Assembly: GCA_965206695.1 (NCBI GenBank) | Contig: CBDBKM010000010.1 | Span: forward strand, 352,001 to 416,000 | Direction of reading: 5' to 3' | DNA length: 64,000 nucleotides | Source: Chlamydiales bacterium | GTDB lineage: Bacteria > Chlamydiota > Chlamydiia > Chlamydiales > JAAZZY01 | Shown: positions 57,817-64,000 of the stretch, in pieces | Position numbering within the stretch: position 1 is the first letter of the stretch | How the letters are laid out: every line of letters begins with the position of its first letter | Program-made: the position numbers and the translations under genes | The notes under the pieces: model-generated | Seen by the model: the letters and a program-made list of their open reading frames with translations, nothing else | Told to the model about the DNA's origin: nothing | Database searches by the model: none

Positions 57817-59456
57817 TAGATAAAGAAGATGGAGTAATAGCTGCTTTATCTGGTTCAAATATTTTGAAGATCTGTCATGAGCTTCAAAAGCGATATCCTG
57901 ACAAAATGATGATCATTTGTGGGGATACCGGAAGTGAAGAAAAATTTCAATATACTAATTTTATAGCCATTTTTCCTAAGAATAGAAATTTGGTTGTAAG
58001 CAATTATGATTTCAATGACTTGCATAAAGATAAAGGAATCTTAACAATAAAATATCAGCTAAAAAAGGGTATTATTAGTGAAGAGAAAGGTTTAACAAAA
58101 AATGATCCTCTCACAATGAAAGAAGCTGAATATGTTGTTCATGAATTAAACATTAAGCATGCTGTTGTTCATATTGAGCAATTCCATATCATGACAGAAA
58201 AATGGGTTCCTCATCAGCAACAGTGGGATATTATATTGGAATCAAAAAGTTCATTAAGGGATTGTTATCAAAATCAAAAAATCTGGATAAAAGAAGGGAA
58301 TGCTAACTGTAAACAGATATCTAAAGCAGATATTTGGTTAAGTTCTCCTCTGAGAAGAGGGTATAATGGCCTATTTTTTCATCCTAAGAAACCATTAGTG
58401 GATAAAGGGTACTATAATCTGTATCGAGGTTTAAAAATTTCACCTAAAAAGGGTGATACTTCGATATATTGGGATTTTGTGCTTGAAGTAATATGCTCTG
58501 GTAAAAAGGATGTTTATTCCTTTTTAAGGAAGTGGTTAGCTAATCTTATTCAAAATCCCGATAAAATAGGGACAGCACTCATCTTTCGAGGAAGACAAGG
58601 TGTAGGTAAAGATACTTTTATCAAGCCACTTCAGTATATTTTTGGTAAGTACTATATTCTATTAAGTGATTTAAATCAGATTTTGGGTAGGTTTAACGGA
58701 CACTTAAAGAATGTATTGCTTGTTTATGCTAATGAAGCGCTATGGGGAGGAACAAAAAGCCAAAAGGGGCGATTAAAATCTCTGATAACGGAAGATACAA
58801 TCTTCATTGAATCCAAAGGTATTGACGGATTTACTGTAAATAATTTTAAACATTTGATTATTTCTAGTAATGAAAATTGGGCTGTTCCTTTGGATCATGA
58901 TGATAGGCGTTTTTATGCAATAGATGTCCCAAGTATGCGTAAAGGTGATCGTCCATATTTTAATAAACTATATCATTTTTTTGAAAATGGAGGGGCTCAG
59001 TATATCTTATATGATTTACTAGAGGAAGATCTCTCAGGATTTGATCCTAAAGAAATGCCTAAGCATTATTATGGATTTGATATGAAGCTGGAATCAGCTA
59101 TTACCTCACATCAATATATTTATTTTGCTTTGTGTGCAGGATCTTTTGATATAGGGAATGTCATTCCAACTCAGTCTTGGCCCGATCAGAAAGTTCTTAG
59201 CTCTTTCTCAATATATACAGATTATCTTACATGGTGTGAGACAAGTAAAAAACGTTCTGAGTCCAAGCATATATTTTTTAAAGAGATGAAATATTTAATA
59301 GGGGGTAATAAACAGCGGTTATACCAAGATGAGAGGAGAATCTATAGTTATACCTTTGAATCTTTGGATAAATGTAGAAAGCAATTTGAAAGTAAATTCA
59401 AGGTATTAGAAAATATTTGGCTTGATTTGGAGGAAGATGCTAATGAAGAAATATAA
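57817..59456 (+). pseudogene. Primase-helicase (TOPRIM remnant plus SF3/D5-like ATPase), 5'-truncated by IS630
   Basis: IICGD and YDFNDLH (TOPRIM-like), YNLYRG, Walker A GRQGVGKD, FNGHL, YANEA, LKSLITE, ISSN, DRRF. Confidence 0.8.
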
Positions 59457-59630
59457 AAAACGTGCGTAACTTCTTTGTGATTACGTTAGTGACCTAGCAG
59501 TCTCACTTGTCTTAGTTAATTTTATATTGGAACAATAATCGACTTTCAGTTTTTTGTTTCTGTGAAATAAAAAATCCATAAGTCAGCTAGGGCAAGTGAG
59601 CCTTTGACACATTTTTAAAAGGAGGAATGC

Positions 59631-61257
59631 ATGTATCAAAAAGATAGAATCCATCAACCACCATCTTTTGGAAAAGACTTGGTTTCTTGTAAAGAAGAAC
59701 CGTATAATGAAATTTGTGCTACCGAAGAGAGTGCTACTGCCAATAATATTATTAATGCAGCTATAAAAGCTCTTCCTGACGATTTAAGTCATGAGGAGCG
59801 ACATAACATTGTATTGGCAGGTTTACAAGATGGAAAAGTAAAAGATCCCGTGGAAGCAAGGCTATGTGCAAAGGAGATTATTTTATATAACCAGGCGATG
59901 AGTTATATTAGACGATCTGAAAAATATGAAAGTTCCAATGATTCTGGAATAGAGTCTTGGCATTCTCTTAAAGGAGGTCATGTTGGCTCTGTTTATCTGA
60001 AATTTGCACTAAAATTATTACGTCTACACGGCGAGGTTGTTAATGATATAGAAAAATACCGAAGAAGAGGACAACAACAATTGATATACCCCTTATGAAT
60101 CAAAGTGCCGATTCTAAGACTTGAAAATGATCATTGATTCGTGTCCTCATTGATTGAGCAATAGAGGGCCAAGTATTTTCAAAAAATCCGGTAATCGATC
60201 TCCGAAATTCTTTAGCAGAATTAAAAAACCGATTATTGCGACAATATTCATTCATCACTTTCCATAATCGTTCAATGGGATTGAGGTTAGGACTGTAAGA
60301 AGGTAAATAATAGAGAATAATACCTTGTTTTTCTGCTTCTTGTTTGGTCTGAATACTTGTATTATAAGGGCCTTGATCTAAAATAAGATGGATATTTGGA
60401 GCTGAGGGGTATTTTGACCGTAGCAAAGCAAAATGCTTTGCCGTGGTACCGCTATTTAATGTTTCATAAGCATCTATTGTTACCTTCATACTGTTTAAAT
60501 TGATAGACCCCATAAGATTCATTCGAGTACGAGAAGCTGTTGTTGCAATCAATTTATCTGTTCCCGGTCGAATCCAACCATAAGAAATTTTAGTTGCCAT
60601 AGTTGGATGTACACCATCAGCAAATTCAACAGGCTCATTTTTAGGCAGAGATGCCATAAGCTTGGCGTAAAATTGCATCCAAGCTTTTTGTTGATCAGAA
60701 TTTGCCTTAGCCGGTGTACCTTTAGGCTTTTTATAGGAAAAACCATGTGAGTGTAGCCAAGAAGTCATCCCTGAAATCGTATAAACAATGCCATATTTCG
60801 CGAGAACATAAGAACAGATATCTTCTACTTTGACATAGGTATGAGTTGTTAAATGTTTAATGAATTCTTCTGACTGTGGCGCAAGAAGTTTACTGACTGA
60901 ACCACCGCTTTCTACATGCAATTGCTGTTTATTTTGATATTCTTTAATGTGACGAGACACTGTTTCATCGTCTAAAAGCACAGCTTCAGCAATACGAGTA
61001 TTACTCCAACCTTTATTCGACAATAGAACAGCCTTGATACGATCTCGTATACGACCATTCTTTTCTCGTTTATGTTGCTGTCTGAGATGCTTTTCTTCTG
61101 ATAGTGTTAAAAATGAATTCATACAAAATAATTTACACTATACGAATACAAAATATCCGGAGGTTTATTCGTGATGAGTATAGTACAGCATGTTAATGTC
61201 TCGGATCATGCCAAGGCTGTTATTGTTGGTTCGGAGTCAAGCAAAAAACAGGAGTAA
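59631..61257 (+). pseudogene. Phage/ICE-type hypothetical protein interrupted by IS630
   Basis: AAGGAGG RBS; removing the IS gives ..KYRRRGQQQLIVQHVNVSDHAKAVIVGSESSKKQE* (176 aa). Confidence 0.75.
60087..61180 (-). mobile_element. IS630 lineage D, copy 3
   Basis: ORF 60100-61122; TA at 60085-60086 and 61181-61182. Confidence 0.95.
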
Positions 61258-61261
61258 CCTC

Positions 61262-61465
61262 ATGCGTTGTCAAGCAAAGAGTAAGAGATCTCAACAACAG
61301 TGTAAATCTTGGGCTGTTAAGGGTAAAAAGGTTTGTAGGATGCATGGAGCTTTTGGAGGTAGAAAAATTATAACAGGGGAGTATACGAGAATTAAACAAG
61401 CTCAGCGTAAAGAAGAAAGGAGTAAATTTAAAGAGTGGGTTGATAGTGTAGAGGGGATAAATTAA
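61262..61465 (+). CDS. Small HGGxSTG-like Zn-binding protein
   Basis: MRCQAKSKRSQQQCKSWAVKGKKVCRMHGA; AGGAG RBS before ATG 61262. Confidence 0.75.
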   Translation: MRCQAKSKRSQQQCKSWAVKGKKVCRMHGAFGGRKIITGEYTRIKQAQRKEERSKFKEWVDSVEGIN

Positions 61466-61551
61466 TAGATTATTATTAAAGATATATTTATCTTCATCCT
61501 ACTTTAAATACTTATTTAGTGGTTTCTATAATAGAATAAAGAGCTTGAAAT

Positions 61552-63255
61552 ATGAAACAATATACTTATGCGGTTATGAAAATTATTATTTTATTAATAC
61601 TATGTCATACGGCTATCTTAGCCAAGGAACCGATAGAATCGTTTACTAATATTCTATCGCATAAAAACAATCAACTCGATGTATATCTCGAAGGTATTAG
61701 ATTTAATTCTTCAGAGAAAACAGAGCTTTCTGAATATATAAAACCTACCGGCACTTATTTAGAAATTGGTTCCGGCGGTGATCCCATTAAATATTTATTA
61801 GATCAAATTCCAAAAGGCTATTCCCCAACCATTATAGTATCCGATATTGATCAAGATATTCTCGATATTTTGCCAGAGCGCCACCCTTCCTTAAGATCCT
61901 ATCTCAACTTAGATGATAAAATAAAAAAACCAAAACTTAAATTTATGCATCTTGATGCTACAGATATGAGTGTTTTTGACAACGGGTCATTATCAGGTAT
62001 TAATGCATCTGCTATTGCTCATGAAATTTGGTCATATGCAGGATCTCAACAAGCTTTTACTAAGTTTTTGAATGAGGTTTTCAGAGTATTAGAGCCAGAT
62101 GGTGTTTTAATATACAGAGATCCGGAAGGGGTTCTTGATCCTTATAAAACAGTTAAAATGGATCTTAAAACAAAAAGCATGAGGCTTTTTGTTCACTTAT
62201 TTTTATGTAAGTTTTTAGATGAAAAATGTACGGATCTCTACGATAAAGAAGGGAATATGAAAAAGGTATTTGCTTACGATAAAGAAAAGTTGAGATTTTG
62301 TTTTTACAAAAAAAATAGTAATAAAAAATCTTATATTGGCTATTCAGAATATTTAAAGATGCCTACCTATGAAATCGATTTCAATAGGAAGCTTTCCATT
62401 CACGTTCCTCGTCAGCTATGCCGAGAAATAGAGAGACACTACTTGACCTTTTTAAAAGACTGTAACCCTCTTATGTTCGTTAAATTATTACCTGATTTGA
62501 ATAGCGATAAGCATCATGTCATTTTCTTATCTAATAATGTTGAGAAGGTTTTTCTTGAGTACGTTAAGAAATATCATATTTCATTTATCGATTCTAAAAT
62601 AAGTTCATTTGATATGAAAAAGCTACAATCTGAAATAGAAAGACGCATGATGCATATTGAGAATGGAATTCGTATTAAAATTGCATCGAATGAAAAACTT
62701 CATGAATTAAAAGATAAATTAATAAACAAAGGGTTTGATCCCGAAAAATATGTTCAGGAAATAGGGAATCACTGGATTTTATTAGATTATAGAGTCTTCG
62801 GGTTATTATATAATGAATTTATAAAATGGTTTGATAAGGATAACACTCCTTTTGGTTCGGTTTCTGAATTAGCAGCGAAATGGTTAAAGTTAGAAGGGGA
62901 AGAAAACTATTTTTATTTCTCAGTAGATGAGTTGATTACTTTCGCTGGCAGTGTAAACTTGCCAAGATCTATAAAAGATAATGATGAAGAAATTTTAATT
63001 CTATGTCCTATCAACCCTAATAAAAACAAATTTATATCTAGAAATCATTATGAATACATTCTTGAGGATTCGGTTAAGATTACGGATATATTGGGCTATG
63101 AAGTTGTTATTAAAGAAGGAAAACGAATCATTCATTTTGCTAAAATGTCTATCAAAGAAGCTATACCTATCTATAATGAAATTATCAGTAAAGGCAACTA
63201 TCAAGACTACCCCATGTTAAGTGAATTAATTGAAACCCTTTACAACTTTTTATAG
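61552..63255 (+). CDS. Class I SAM-dependent methyltransferase domain protein with a large C-terminal extension
   Basis: YLEIGSGG, IVSDID, HLDAT, SAIAHE, FRVLEPDGVLIYRD; signal-like N-terminus. Confidence 0.75.
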   Translation: MKQYTYAVMKIIILLILCHTAILAKEPIESFTNILSHKNNQLDVYLEGIRFNSSEKTELSEYIKPTGTYLEIGSGGDPIKYLLDQIPKGYSPTIIVSDIDQDILDILPERHPSLRSYLNLDDKIKKPKLKFMHLDATDMSVFDNGSLSGINASAIAHEIWSYAGSQQAFTKFLNEVFRVLEPDGVLIYRDPEGVLDPYKTVKMDLKTKSMRLFVHLFLCKFLDEKCTDLYDKEGNMKKVFAYDKEKLRFCFYKKNSNKKSYIGYSEYLKMPTYEIDFNRKLSIHVPRQLCREIERHYLTFLKDCNPLMFVKLLPDLNSDKHHVIFLSNNVEKVFLEYVKKYHISFIDSKISSFDMKKLQSEIERRMMHIENGIRIKIASNEKLHELKDKLINKGFDPEKYVQEIGNHWILLDYRVFGLLYNEFIKWFDKDNTPFGSVSELAAKWLKLEGEENYFYFSVDELITFAGSVNLPRSIKDNDEEILILCPINPNKNKFISRNHYEYILEDSVKITDILGYEVVIKEGKRIIHFAKMSIKEAIPIYNEIISKGNYQDYPMLSELIETLYNFL

Positions 63256-63262
63256 GTAGATT

Positions 63263-64000
63263 TCTTAGTACAGGACATTTTTCAAGACAGCTCTATTTTA
63301 TGATGAATAATCAGCAAGTTAAGGTAATTAACACACTCCTCAAGTTTCTCTCTAACTCTTAAAAATATTGCTCGCAGCTCATCAAATCCATACCTAAAAA
63401 TACTCTTTGCCTTACGACCATGAGATTTTATTTTGATCGGAGTATTTTTTTCCTTAGCCTCTCCTACGCGATGACTCCGGCAAAATGCTATTGCAAAAAC
63501 GAAAACAAGTTTTTCTATTCCGGAAATATGTATGAGGTGTGTGTCTTCAAAGCAAAACCCCCTTTTCTTCAAACATCCAAAGAATGTCTCAATCTCCCAC
63601 CTTTTACGATAGACCTTGAAGGGGTTGTAGAAATTCCGATTGGAGATAATTGTAACAAGCTCATCTTTCTTGTAAGACCATCTTGTGCTTAGATAAATAC
63701 TTCTTCCCCACAAGACAGTTTTTGCATTTTTAAGTGTCTTGCCAAGGGGTAATCTTTTAAAAAAGATATTTATTGGCAACACTCCCTCCGGTAAACTGTT
63801 GTTACGAACACGAAAAAGAAAGGGAATTTCTTGCTCATCTAGCCACTGAATCCACTCTGATCCAACAAACTCTCTATCTCCAAGGAGAGAGTCAATGTTT
63901 CCGGCTCCAATAAGAAGGAGAATACGTTTTATCAACTCGATTCGTTCTAAAGTATTGGAATTTCCTCTTTTTTGTAGAAGACTCCACATCAAAGGAAGAG
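63263..64000 (-). mobile_element. IS4 family element (continues past the window edge)
   Basis: ORF 63282-63992: KRGNSN, LLGDREFVG, YRKRWEIETFFGCLK.RGF.FEDTH, SIFRYG; end sequence cttagtacaggaca. Confidence 0.85.

Overview
AT-rich chromosomal window from an environmental Chlamydiota bacterium (chlamydial 16S signatures; conserved blocks ispD-truA-HAD and PLD-rpmB...malQ-scc1-copN-sctV-sctU-ychF). It holds one rRNA operon with tRNA-Ala and tRNA-Ile in the spacer, a tRNA(CAT), and many insertion sequences and remnants (four IS630 lineages, IS5, IS30, IS4, IS701, ISNCY, IS200/IS605). The main find is a compact RiPP locus on the minus strand at 10276-13655. It has a 61-aa precursor ending WSNNA-WSNNI-WDKVF, an XyeB-like cyclophane-forming (triceptide) radical SAM/SPASM maturase, and a membrane-anchored double-retropepsin aspartyl protease. 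The maturase is split by a recent IS630 insertion, and removing that IS restores a clean 391-aa frame. Other points of interest: a ~298-bp mobile structured non-coding element, TnpB omega-RNA-like relics, a candidate 2H-phosphoesterase effector, a decayed primase-helicase (satellite-like) element, and a window-wide CCGG excess. All family calls come from motif recognition by eye; no searches were run.
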